Origin: Staphylococcus phage VB_SavM_JYL01
DNA: 64,000 nt
Strand: one strand, 5' to 3'
Sequence record: MH159197.1
Of this stretch, positions 37,874 to 45,519 are shown piece after piece (within the stretch, counting starts at the first letter, position 1; each line of letters begins with the position of its first letter). A model generated the notes under the pieces. That model was not told where the DNA came from and did not search any database. It saw only the letters and a program-made list of their open reading frames with translations. Made by a program: the position numbers and the translations under genes.

Positions 37874-38122
37874 ATGGTAGAAACTTATTATACAGTATAT
37901 CATAAGAATAGTATGAAAACTATTAAGGATTACTTAAGTAGAAGTGATTTAATTGACTTCTTATATAAGACTTGGCATAAGGATATAAGTAATATATACC
38001 CAACAGATTATACTACGTATGAAACAAAATTCTGTATAGACATAGATGTAGTTAGATTAATTGAAGCGGTTAATGAAGAAGGTGTATTACTTATTAATGA
38101 AGGTAATATTGTAGAGTGGTAG
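37874..38122 (+). CDS. hypothetical protein, paralog family B
   Basis: The protein contains YTVYHKNSMKTIKDYLSRSD... The SD is aaggagatg. Confidence 0.6.
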   Translation: MVETYYTVYHKNSMKTIKDYLSRSDLIDFLYKTWHKDISNIYPTDYTTYETKFCIDIDVVRLIEAVNEEGVLLINEGNIVEW

Positions 38123-38134
38123 GAGGAGATAAAT

Positions 38135-38374
38135 ATGAGTCAGTTTTTCACGTATACAGTGTATCATACAGAAACAGCTAAAGTAGTAGCTAAGAATTTG
38201 TTTGATGCATCATTGGTGCACCTTATTAACAAGATGATAGAGAAAGATATAGTTAAGGATATTAATTTAGAATATTACATGAATACACGTGGTGTAGTTA
38301 TAGATATGAGTAGACTACTGGATGATATAGAATCACAGGGTGTATTTCTATTCAAACGTAAGCTACATGGATAA
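38135..38374 (+). CDS. hypothetical protein, paralog family B
   Basis: The protein contains TYTVYHTETAKVVAKNL...LLDDIESQGVFLF. The SD is taggaggag. Confidence 0.6.
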   Translation: MSQFFTYTVYHTETAKVVAKNLFDASLVHLINKMIEKDIVKDINLEYYMNTRGVVIDMSRLLDDIESQGVFLFKRKLHG

Positions 38375-38485
38375 TAGGTTAGACCCTAAAAAGTTTGAGA
38401 TACAATAGGATGCTTAGGATAATAGGATAAAAATAACTTAGGATGCTTAGGATGAAATACGATACGATAGGGAGGTTAAGTTAAG

Positions 38486-38725
38486 ATGCAAGAGTTAATA
38501 ACTTATATAATTTACCATAAAGAATCAGGTAAAGTAGTAGCACAGGATTTAAGTGAATTAGAAACTATTGAACTTATATACAAAATGATAGAAGAGGGAT
38601 TAGTAAAAGATATAGAATTATCTAACTACCGTCTTTTTAGTGGGAATATAGATATACTTAACTTATTAGTAGACATACGTAAACAAGGTATATTTGATTT
38701 TGAACATACTTGGCACACAAGATAA
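38486..38725 (+). CDS. hypothetical protein, paralog family B
   Basis: The protein contains TYIIYHKESGKVVAQDL...LLVDIRKQGIFDF. The SD is atagggagg. Confidence 0.6.
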   Translation: MQELITYIIYHKESGKVVAQDLSELETIELIYKMIEEGLVKDIELSNYRLFSGNIDILNLLVDIRKQGIFDFEHTWHTR

Positions 38726-38736
38726 GGAGGGATAGG

Positions 38737-39081
38737 ATGATAGTTATATATTCAGATGAGTCTAGGGATTACTTAAGAGATGAGTTCTTACCTTGGCTTA
38801 ATGATAGAGATAGATATTTAAAATATTATAAGAATGAGTTACCTGAAGATATAGACTCTTCTTATGTTGTATCAGTTGTATACTGTAGGGATATGGAAGG
38901 TCTTATGAATAGGAAAGATATTCTTATTGGTAATAGTTATAGAGAGCCTGTAGCTGTATTAGGTGTTCCTGAATTTTTTGGTAACTATTCTAATTATTAC
39001 TATTATAAAGGAGAGCATATAAGTAAGCATGACCTAGGAGAGATAATTAGGTTAAAGGCTTGGCAACGTAATTTTGACTAA
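38737..39081 (+). CDS. hypothetical protein (start MIVIYSDE)
   Basis: An SD aaggaggg sits 7 nt before ATG 38737. Confidence 0.55.
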   Translation: MIVIYSDESRDYLRDEFLPWLNDRDRYLKYYKNELPEDIDSSYVVSVVYCRDMEGLMNRKDILIGNSYREPVAVLGVPEFFGNYSNYYYYKGEHISKHDLGEIIRLKAWQRNFD

Positions 39082-39165
39082 GTAGCTCTCTCTAATTTCA
39101 CTAAGTAGCTCCCTAGGAATTGCCTAAGTAGCTCGGTGTGATTTTACCCTAAGTAGCTCCCTCTG
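39077..39165 (+). repeat. four direct repeats of CTAAGTAGCTC with 22-25 bp periodicity (iteron-like)
   Basis: gaCTAAGTAGCTCtctc, caCTAAGTAGCTCccta, gcCTAAGTAGCTCggtg and ccCTAAGTAGCTCcctc. Confidence 0.7.
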
Positions 39166-39196
39166 TTTTCTATTAGTTTATTTTAACCGCTTCACG

Positions 39197-39212
39197 TGTC
39201 TATATATAGACA
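39197..39212. promoter_or_regulatory. 16-bp perfect palindrome TGTCTATATATAGACA (operator-like)
   Basis: Read directly from the sequence. It lies in ORF-free DNA between the iteron-like repeats and -10-like boxes. Confidence 0.5.
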
Positions 39213-39565
39213 ATCGGAATAATAGCAGACCGCAAAAAGAAATACACTAGGATATTATTCCCAGTGTATTGTATAATTTTTTTATATAATATTTGTAGAA
39301 GCGGTTGGGGTTTGTCCCTTGCCTTACTACACTTAATATATTACAGTATAGTTATTCAGAAGTCAATACTTTTGAGTAACTTTTTTTTAAATTCTTTTTT
39401 CTTCTATATAATAGTAGTTTTTAGCCCTAAAAAAAGTTTTTTAAAAGAATTTACATTTTCTTATTGACTTATTAATCATATGATAGTAATATAAAGGTAC
39501 AGCAAGAGAACAGCAACAAGGTATTAGAATTATATAAAAAAATTATTTAATTGGAGATGATTTAA

Positions 39566-39874
39566 ATGGATGTAAAAGAAATTGCAGACACTATAATGGA
39601 GTTGTGGCAAATGGACGGATACAGATGTACAGAACCGCCATTATATGAAAGCACATTAAACCACACACGCACATACACGGCTTTAATTGTAAGCATTAAA
39701 GGTAATTACGACACTGTTCAAATGTTCCGTAAAACGCCTATAATGAGCATGAGAGGGCAAAGCCAACCGGCTAGCATGTTAGTAAATGTAATTGATGACG
39801 TGATTATAATCGTATATGAAAATACGGTTTACGGGGTACAGAATAAAGAAATAAAATTTATTGAAGAAATTTAA
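39566..39874 (+). CDS. hypothetical protein
   Basis: 102-aa ORF with an SD aattggagatg. Confidence 0.55.
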   Translation: MDVKEIADTIMELWQMDGYRCTEPPLYESTLNHTRTYTALIVSIKGNYDTVQMFRKTPIMSMRGQSQPASMLVNVIDDVIIIVYENTVYGVQNKEIKFIEEI

Positions 39875-39972
39875 AAATAGGGGTTGCAATACCCCTTAAG
39901 ATGTAGTAATATAATAGATGTAAGGGATAGCAACACACCTTAAAAAACTTTTTAAAAAAGTTAAAGAAAAGT

Positions 39973-40001
39973 GTTGACACCTTACAAGATACATGTTAAT
40001 A
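39973..40001 (+). promoter_or_regulatory. LTR early-type promoter TTGACA-N15-cATGTTAATATTAgt (extended -10 TGTTAATAT) with an upstream A6/T6 UP-like element
   Basis: ttaaaaaactttttaaaaaagttaaagaaaagtgttgacaccttacaagatacatgttaatattag. Confidence 0.5.
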
Positions 40002-40079
40002 TTAGTATAGAAGTTAAGACAAGCCACATAGCAAATAACGAAATTAAATAAAAAAATTATAGAATAGGATTTGATTATT

Positions 40080-40367
40080 ATGACAAACAAAAATTACTTA
40101 TACGAAGAAACTCACACAGTACAAGGGCAAGATATTACGGCTTTCAGAATTCCAAATGACACAAACGGCAACCCACGTTATGTAGTGCATTTCATGGATT
40201 TAGACATTAAACTAGCAGACTATGACAACATCAATAAGCTATACGGATTTAAAAAATATACTGCTAAATGGTTTGGCGGTGGTGTAGTATTCCAAAGCTA
40301 TAATATTGAAGATACATTAAATTACGCACTATCTAATGTTAAAGAAATAGAAGCGGTTAAGAATTAA
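40080..40367 (+). CDS. hypothetical protein (start MTNKNYLY)
   Basis: The conserved leader aggatttgattattATG is present. Confidence 0.55.
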   Translation: MTNKNYLYEETHTVQGQDITAFRIPNDTNGNPRYVVHFMDLDIKLADYDNINKLYGFKKYTAKWFGGGVVFQSYNIEDTLNYALSNVKEIEAVKN

Positions 40368-40376
40368 AACCGCTTC
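40350..40376. other. inverted repeat GAAGCGGTT-(9)-AACCGCTTC overlapping the gene stop
   Basis: gaagcggttaagaattaaaaccgcttc. Confidence 0.6.
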
Positions 40377-40416
40377 TGAATTAAATAAAAAAATTATATA
40401 AAAAGGGTATGATATT

Positions 40417-40608
40417 ATGAAATTTAAAATAGAAAAAAATAACAGTGATATAAAAACTTTATGGAATTTAGCTAAAAATGGATATATGAGTTATCAAACT
40501 GTACACAATATATTTAAAAATGAATCAGATGAATTTATTATATTTAACAGTAAACAAACTTATAATAAATTTATGGAATTAAGATATAATAGAAGTGCAA
40601 TTCAATAG
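40417..40608 (+). CDS. hypothetical protein
   Basis: 63-aa ORF with an SD aaaagggtatg. Confidence 0.5.
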   Translation: MKFKIEKNNSDIKTLWNLAKNGYMSYQTVHNIFKNESDEFIIFNSKQTYNKFMELRYNRSAIQ

Positions 40609-40619
40609 TATAAAAAAGT

Positions 40620-40665
40620 TATATAATTCCCTAGGATTAAATTCCTAGGGATTTTTATTTGTTTT
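40620..40665 (+). terminator. terminator-like hairpin
   Basis: ccctaggatt-aaa-ttcctaggg followed by atttttattt. Confidence 0.5.
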
Positions 40666-40699
40666 AATTTATATAAAAAAATTATTTAATAAATAAATT

Positions 40700-41100
40700 A
40701 GTGTAAAATTGACTGTTGACAAGAATATATTTTTTATGGTATAATGAAGTGAAGACCTTTTTTAGTATAAAAAAATTATTATATAAAAAAATTATATAAA
40801 AAAGTTTAGTTCCGGTCTTTCTCCCCACCTTGTCATATTTATAGTGGAAGGGTTAGGCGGGTTACCACTGTTTTACTTTCTATATATAGTATACTATGAA
40901 TAATGGTAATTGTCAACACCTTTCAGAAACTTTTTTTACTTTATTTTATTATTATATAAAAAAATTATACATATTTTAGGGCTCCACTTCCATTATATAA
41001 TAATTCGGTCTTAATGTCAATACTTTTATTCAAAAAAGTTTTTTAAATTAGTTTCAACAAATCTATTGACTTATGTTTATTTCTATAGTAATATATAGTT
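40700..41100. repeat. intergenic repeat element, copy A (about 390 bp; homologous to 42890..43150, with a diverged core at 45520..45600)
   Basis: The shared order is as follows. A + promoter ttgaca..tataatgaagtgaa comes first, followed by ttttttagtataaaaa and attatataaaaaaattatataaa. A GC-rich core ggtcttt..cccc follows, then a leftward TTGACA-17-TATACT promoter. It closes with aaaaaagtttt..aaatctattgactta..taatatatag. Confidence 0.65.
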
Positions 41101-41124
41101 ATACCAACAAGGGAGGCAATACAA

Positions 41125-41283
41125 ATGCTAAAATTTAAATGGAAAAACAAAACAATCAAATCAACTCAAAAAACGGATAACATTCTTTTACTTCTTATAG
41201 GTGGTTTAGTTGCAACAGTCACACCTAAACTTGTAAACTGGTTTTTACTACTACAAGATAATATAAATATTTTTTTAAGATAA
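41125..41283 (+). CDS. 52-aa membrane protein (below the track cutoff)
   Basis: An SD caagggagg sits 9 nt before the ATG. The protein has one TM helix. Confidence 0.45.
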   Translation: MLKFKWKNKTIKSTQKTDNILLLLIGGLVATVTPKLVNWFLLLQDNINIFLR

Positions 41284-41331
41284 CTATTGACAACTTAGAA
41301 ACAACGTGTTAATATTAAGATACAAGGTAAG

Positions 41332-41351
41332 GGAAGCGGTTGACCGCTTCC
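41332..41351. promoter_or_regulatory. palindrome GGAAGCGGT-tg-ACCGCTTCC directly downstream of promoter 41287 (operator-like)
   Basis: ttgacaacttagaaacaacgtgttaatattaagatacaaggtaagggaagcggttgaccgcttccgacc. Confidence 0.5.
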
Positions 41352-41449
41352 GACCTAAATAAAAAAAGTTTAAAAAAACTATTGACAGTCACTTGAAACC
41401 ATGATATTATTAAGATAACAAAAAACAAACAGAAAAGGAATTGATTATA

Positions 41450-41773
41450 ATGAAATTTATCAAAACTATCGAAAACTTATTAGAAAAAGCAGAAAACAAA
41501 GGGCAAGCAATTTTAAACGGTCGTTACTTTGATGGGTATAGCAAAGGTGAGCTTGAGGAAAAATATGCAATTGAAATTGATGGCAACAAATTGATTATGC
41601 GTCACTGGGGTACACAAACAATTGAGATTGATTTAAGCATAAATGAGATTGTTTCATATTACGGTGAAAGCAATTCAGACCGTGACAGTTTAAACACACT
41701 TGTATATTGCTTAGGAATTGCGCCAAACTTTAGATACTTACCAAGCAAAAACTTATTCATTTACGAAAATTAA
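41450..41773 (+). CDS. hypothetical protein (start MKFIKTIENL)
   Basis: The conserved leader aaaaggaattgattataATG is present. Confidence 0.55.
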   Translation: MKFIKTIENLLEKAENKGQAILNGRYFDGYSKGELEEKYAIEIDGNKLIMRHWGTQTIEIDLSINEIVSYYGESNSDRDSLNTLVYCLGIAPNFRYLPSKNLFIYEN

Positions 41774-41782
41774 TTAAATAAA

Positions 41783-41815
41783 GGGCTTGACTTCCAAGCC
41801 CTACCATGTTATTAT
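41783..41815 (+). promoter_or_regulatory. hairpin with TTGACT in its loop followed by an extended -10 (hairpin-embedded -35 cassette)
   Basis: agggcttg-acttc-caagccct, then accatgttattattaa. Confidence 0.5.
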
Positions 41816-41872
41816 TAAATTGTAAGGTAATCAAGCACAACGACAAAATAAACTGAAAAGGGATTGATGAAA

Positions 41873-42379
41873 ATGACAAATAATAAGGATTTTAATAAAA
41901 ATTTCTTAAGACTACTAAAAGTTAAAAATGTAAATGACAAAAGGGTGCAAGGTTTCATAAACAAGCATGACATTAAACTTAAAGACAAAGAAGAAAGCTC
42001 ACAAGGATATGTTAACGTATTATATAAGGGTTATGACTTTGTAATATCAAAAGACTATGCAGGTCAAACGGCGTTATATGTTAACATGCGTAATTTAGGG
42101 GTTGACTACAAACATTTTAAACATTTAGATTTTAATAATATTGTTCAAGCGTTAGACAGAAAAAATAATAATCGTGTTGAATGTAAGGAAACAAAAACAC
42201 AACAATATAAAGAATTTAAACACCGTCAAAAGACAGAAAAAGAAATGTTAACATACTATGAAAAGGATATCGAAAAGCTAAAAGAAGAACTGGAACGAAC
42301 ACAAAAAATCTACAATGATAAAATAAAGAAAATAGAAAATTACGATAAAAAAATATCTAGACTAAAAAAATCAAAATAA
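41873..42379 (+). CDS. hypothetical basic/coiled-coil protein (start MTNNKDF)
   Basis: The conserved leader aaagggattgatgaaaATG is present. Confidence 0.55.
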   Translation: MTNNKDFNKNFLRLLKVKNVNDKRVQGFINKHDIKLKDKEESSQGYVNVLYKGYDFVISKDYAGQTALYVNMRNLGVDYKHFKHLDFNNIVQALDRKNNNRVECKETKTQQYKEFKHRQKTEKEMLTYYEKDIEKLKEELERTQKIYNDKIKKIENYDKKISRLKKSK

Positions 42380-42448
42380 GGCTTGACACTTTCAAGCCCT
42401 CATGATATACTTAGTATAACAAATCAAAAAGAAAAGGAATTGATGAAA

Positions 42449-42829
42449 ATGTTCAAATTACAAAATAAAGTGGAAATTATCGTACCTAAGGAAGATAACA
42501 ACGGCGTTGAGATTGCAGACAAACGTATTAAAGAATATGTAAATAGCATCACAATGGAAGCGGGTGGTTGTACTATTACAGAAATCAAAGGGCAATGGTA
42601 CTCAGAAGATGAAAAACGTATAATGGAAGATAACAACTTAAATCTTGAGTGGTACTACATGCAAGACAGTGCCAAATTCATGACAGTTGAATTAAAAGGC
42701 ATTGTAAGACGTTTAATTGAAGTTTACGGACAAGAAGCAATAAGCATTAAAGTTAACGGCACATTGTACATTGTAGACCAATCAGACATTGAAGAATTAC
42801 ACACAACATTATTAAATATCATGAAATAA
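42449..42829 (+). CDS. hypothetical protein (start MFKLQNKVEI)
   Basis: The conserved leader aaaaggaattgatgaaaATG follows the hairpin-promoter aaggcttgacactttcaagccct. Confidence 0.55.
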   Translation: MFKLQNKVEIIVPKEDNNGVEIADKRIKEYVNSITMEAGGCTITEIKGQWYSEDEKRIMEDNNLNLEWYYMQDSAKFMTVELKGIVRRLIEVYGQEAISIKVNGTLYIVDQSDIEELHTTLLNIMK

Positions 42830-42889
42830 AAAATTTATATAAACCGCTTCGGATTAAATTCTTGAAGTGGTTATTTTCTTTTAAATTAG

Positions 42890-43150
42890 TGCTTGACAAA
42901 TGTACTAAAAAATGAGATAATGAAGTGAACGCATTTTTTAGTATAAAAATAATATTATATAAAAAAATTATATAAATGAATTTATTTCAGGTCTTTCCCG
43001 TAACCCCTCTTGGGCTACCCTGGTATCTCTACAATTATTATTATACTATAGGTCATGAAGATTGTCAATAACTTTCTTCAAAATAATTTATTTAAAAAAG
43101 TTTCATAAATCTATTGACTTACTATTAATTATGGTGTAATATATAGATAT
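42890..43150. repeat. intergenic repeat element, copy B
   Basis: Aligns with copy A. It contains the leftward promoter TTGACA-17-TATAAT (RC of attattatactataggtcatgaagattgtcaata) and the GC core ggtctttcccgtaacccctcttgggctaccctggta. Confidence 0.65.
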
Positions 43151-43271
43151 AAGGTTAAGGAAGCGGAACACCTAAAAAAGAAATTAAAAAAACTTTTAAA
43201 AAGGTGTTGACAAACTTCAAACCACATGTTAATATTAAGATAACAAATAAAACAAAAAGGAATTGATAATT

Positions 43272-43493
43272 ATGAACAGATTAGAAATAATAAAAGACAC
43301 GGCAATGGAATACATCATTATGATGGATAACGGAGTTATGGACGGACAATTGACACAAGAAGAATACAACGAAGCGGTTAGCTTTGAAAAGGTTTACGAT
43401 TACACTTTATCAGAAGCAAATCAAGAATGTAAATTCTTAGGCGGTAAAATTTTAACTTTCCTAGTACATGAAGCAATTGAAGAATACGCATAA
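43272..43493 (+). CDS. hypothetical acidic protein (start MNRLEIIK)
   Basis: The conserved leader aaaaggaattgataattATG is present. Confidence 0.5.
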   Translation: MNRLEIIKDTAMEYIIMMDNGVMDGQLTQEEYNEAVSFEKVYDYTLSEANQECKFLGGKILTFLVHEAIEEYA

Positions 43494-43574
43494 AAAAACT
43501 TAATCAAAGGGGTTGACATTCAACCCCTTACCATGTTAATATTAATATATACCAAATGAGAGGAATTGATAATT

Positions 43575-43712
43575 ATGAGATACGAAATCGTAACATTAGT
43601 TAATGGAGAATTATTCATGTTTGCAACATTTAAGAAAGCAGAGGCAGAAAATAAATATCAAGAATGGTGTGACTTGTACGGTCAAGAAAATGTAAGCATG
43701 GAAAAAAATTAA
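43575..43712 (+). CDS. 45-aa hypothetical protein (below the track cutoff)
   Basis: The leader agaggaattgataattATG follows the hairpin-promoter aaggggttgacattcaacccctt. Confidence 0.4.
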   Translation: MRYEIVTLVNGELFMFATFKKAEAENKYQEWCDLYGQENVSMEKN

Positions 43713-43782
43713 AATAAGGGGTTGACACTTAACCCCTTAGATGTTATTATTAATATATACTAAAGAAAAGGAAATGATAAAA

Positions 43783-44019
43783 ATGAAATTATTAAACCAA
43801 GAAAATGAAATCGTAAAAGAAATGGTAACTTTTAGAGACGTAAAACAAGCCCTAATTTGGGAATACATCGACCACATAGATAATAACATCCTAAACAATG
43901 AAATTCATGACACAGAAGCGGTTGTGGTTACTTCTGAGACTCTACAATCAATCAAATTTGCAGACACTATGGAAGACCTGCAGGAATACATTGCAGATAT
44001 CAATTGGAAATTAGTTTAA
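43783..44019 (+). CDS. hypothetical protein (start MKLLNQENEIV)
   Basis: The leader aaaaggaaatgataaaaATG follows the hairpin-promoter aaggggttgacacttaacccctt. Confidence 0.5.
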   Translation: MKLLNQENEIVKEMVTFRDVKQALIWEYIDHIDNNILNNEIHDTEAVVVTSETLQSIKFADTMEDLQEYIADINWKLV

Positions 44020-44113
44020 AAAAAGTTTTAAATAACTGTTGACACCTTAGCAAATAGATGGTAATATAAGAGTATAAAGAAAAACAAAAAAAAACGAAAA
44101 GGATTTGATTATA

Positions 44114-44458
44114 ATGACAAACTTACTAAACACTATTGAGATGGATTTTGAATACTATGGAGTACAATTTGAAAATGGATGGAAACACAATGCCTACACT
44201 GTAGAGCTAACACATAATGGAGTTACCGAAGAATTTGACTGGAAACAAGGAATAGGAATTCACGAAGAGCCTGAACTAGAAAGCATCTTAGAAAGCTTAA
44301 TGCTAGATATTCATTACTATGAAGAAGATATTTATTCAATGTATGAGGACGAAGAACAGGCAGAAAAAATAATTGAGAAGTTAGAAGAACAAACTAAAAA
44401 GGTAAATAAACTATTTACAGATGAGGAACAAGCAGACCTAGTTGAATACTTTGAATAG
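44114..44458 (+). CDS. hypothetical acidic protein (start MTNLLNTIEM)
   Basis: The leader aaaaggatttgattataATG follows promoter 44039 ttgacaccttagcaaatagatggtaatat. Confidence 0.55.
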   Translation: MTNLLNTIEMDFEYYGVQFENGWKHNAYTVELTHNGVTEEFDWKQGIGIHEEPELESILESLMLDIHYYEEDIYSMYEDEEQAEKIIEKLEEQTKKVNKLFTDEEQADLVEYFE

Positions 44459-44483
44459 TATCAGGAAACACACAGAGACCCAC

Positions 44484-44505
44484 AGAAGCGGATTAATCCG
44501 CTTCT
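44484..44505. other. 22-bp perfect palindrome AGAAGCGGATTAATCCGCTTCT
   Basis: Read directly from the sequence. It sits immediately after the stop of 44114..44458. Confidence 0.6.
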
Positions 44506-44532
44506 AATATAATTAATCAGGAGATGTTAAAG

Positions 44533-44697
44533 ATGACAATTAAAGAGGTTATAAGCCAATTAGAATTAGTAGAAAATAAAGAACTTGAATTGTACGTATG
44601 CGACAAGGAAAATAATAACATTTCAATTAATGATATTATTTTGTTCGATAGTGAAGCAGAGCACACAGAAAACAACCCACTAGGGATTAATTATTAG
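44533..44697 (+). CDS. 54-aa hypothetical protein (below the track cutoff)
   Basis: The leader aatcaggagatgttaaagATG duplicates the leader of the 44710 gene. Confidence 0.45.
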   Translation: MTIKEVISQLELVENKELELYVCDKENNNISINDIILFDSEAEHTENNPLGINY

Positions 44698-44709
44698 GAG
44701 ATGTTGAAC

Positions 44710-44883
44710 ATGAACACAAGAAGGGTAAACAAAGCGTTAAACGAAGCAGTTAGATTATTAGACAAGCAAATAGCAGACACACAGAAAACAATGCAGGAGT
44801 TAAATAAACAACTAGAACAACAGATAAAAGCTAAGCAGGAGCTAATGACATTAGTTGATGCTATGACTGGTGATGATGAGTAA
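44710..44883 (+). CDS. hypothetical coiled-coil protein (start MNTRRVNK)
   Basis: The leader attaggagatgttgaacATG is present. Confidence 0.5.
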   Translation: MNTRRVNKALNEAVRLLDKQIADTQKTMQELNKQLEQQIKAKQELMTLVDAMTGDDE

Positions 44884-45152
44884 TGAACGTTAGAGAGGTT
44901 CATGATGTCGTTAAGAGTGCAAAGAGCAAACTCCTGCAGGAGCAGAATAATATTAATAATGTAATGATATATGAATACATCACAGAAGAGCTTCACAGAC
45001 GCACACAGAGAAGCGGAACAATACAGATGAACAATAACACCGCTTCATATAGTAATGGCTCATATGGTAGCTTAGAAGAGCTTAGAGAAGCTTATGACCT
45101 CTCTTCTCTATCTACTGATGAGATTAAAGAACTACTTGAAACATTTGTTTAA
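44883..45152 (+). CDS. hypothetical protein
   Basis: 89-aa ORF whose start overlaps the upstream stop. Confidence 0.5.
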   Translation: MNVREVHDVVKSAKSKLLQEQNNINNVMIYEYITEELHRRTQRSGTIQMNNNTASYSNGSYGSLEELREAYDLSSLSTDEIKELLETFV

Positions 45153-45236
45153 ATTATTTTATCAAAACGCTTTACAATCTTTTAGTTTGTATGATATAAT
45201 GAACTTAACAAATTAAAAGAAAAGGAAATGATGAAC

Positions 45237-45458
45237 ATGAGAGACTTACAAGAGAGAAAAAGAGAATTAAAAACATTACTATTTAACTTAGCCATAGAGA
45301 AGAATAGAGCAACGGATGAGCAGTTAAGAGAAGTATTAGAACAATCACATCAAGAAGTGATGTATCAATTAAATAAAGTTAGAAAAGAAATTGAAATTTT
45401 AGTTGAAGAAAAAGAAAGAGAATTTTGGAATGATTTCGATTTTAATGGATTAGATTAA
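45237..45458 (+). CDS. hypothetical protein (start MRDLQERK)
   Basis: Promoter TTTACA-18-TGaTATAAT is followed by the leader aaaaggaaatgatgaacATG. Confidence 0.5.
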   Translation: MRDLQERKRELKTLLFNLAIEKNRATDEQLREVLEQSHQEVMYQLNKVRKEIEILVEEKEREFWNDFDFNGLD

Positions 45459-45486
45459 GAGGGAATAAAATCCCTCTTTTATTTTT
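45459..45486 (+). terminator. rho-independent terminator
   Basis: agaggga-ataaaa-tccctct followed by tttatttttat. Confidence 0.65.
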
Positions 45487-45519
45487 ATCCTATTATATAA
45501 TTTTTTTATATTATACGGG

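Noticed and set aside
38375-38485. Possible CRISPR-like or iteron array from the AGGATGCTTAGGAT x2 and AATAGG x3 repeats
   Set aside because: Only two to three short, imperfect copies in 110 bp, with no regular repeat-spacer structure. It is recorded under the family B finding as a spacer feature.
36603-45043. ORFs 36603..36818(-), 39264..39467(+), 39896..40090(-), 42424..42636(-), 44694..44996(-), 45861..46043(+)
   Set aside because: These lie antisense to better-supported genes or in ORF-free regulatory DNA. For example, 39264 lies in the palindrome/promoter tract. They have no SD and low-complexity composition.
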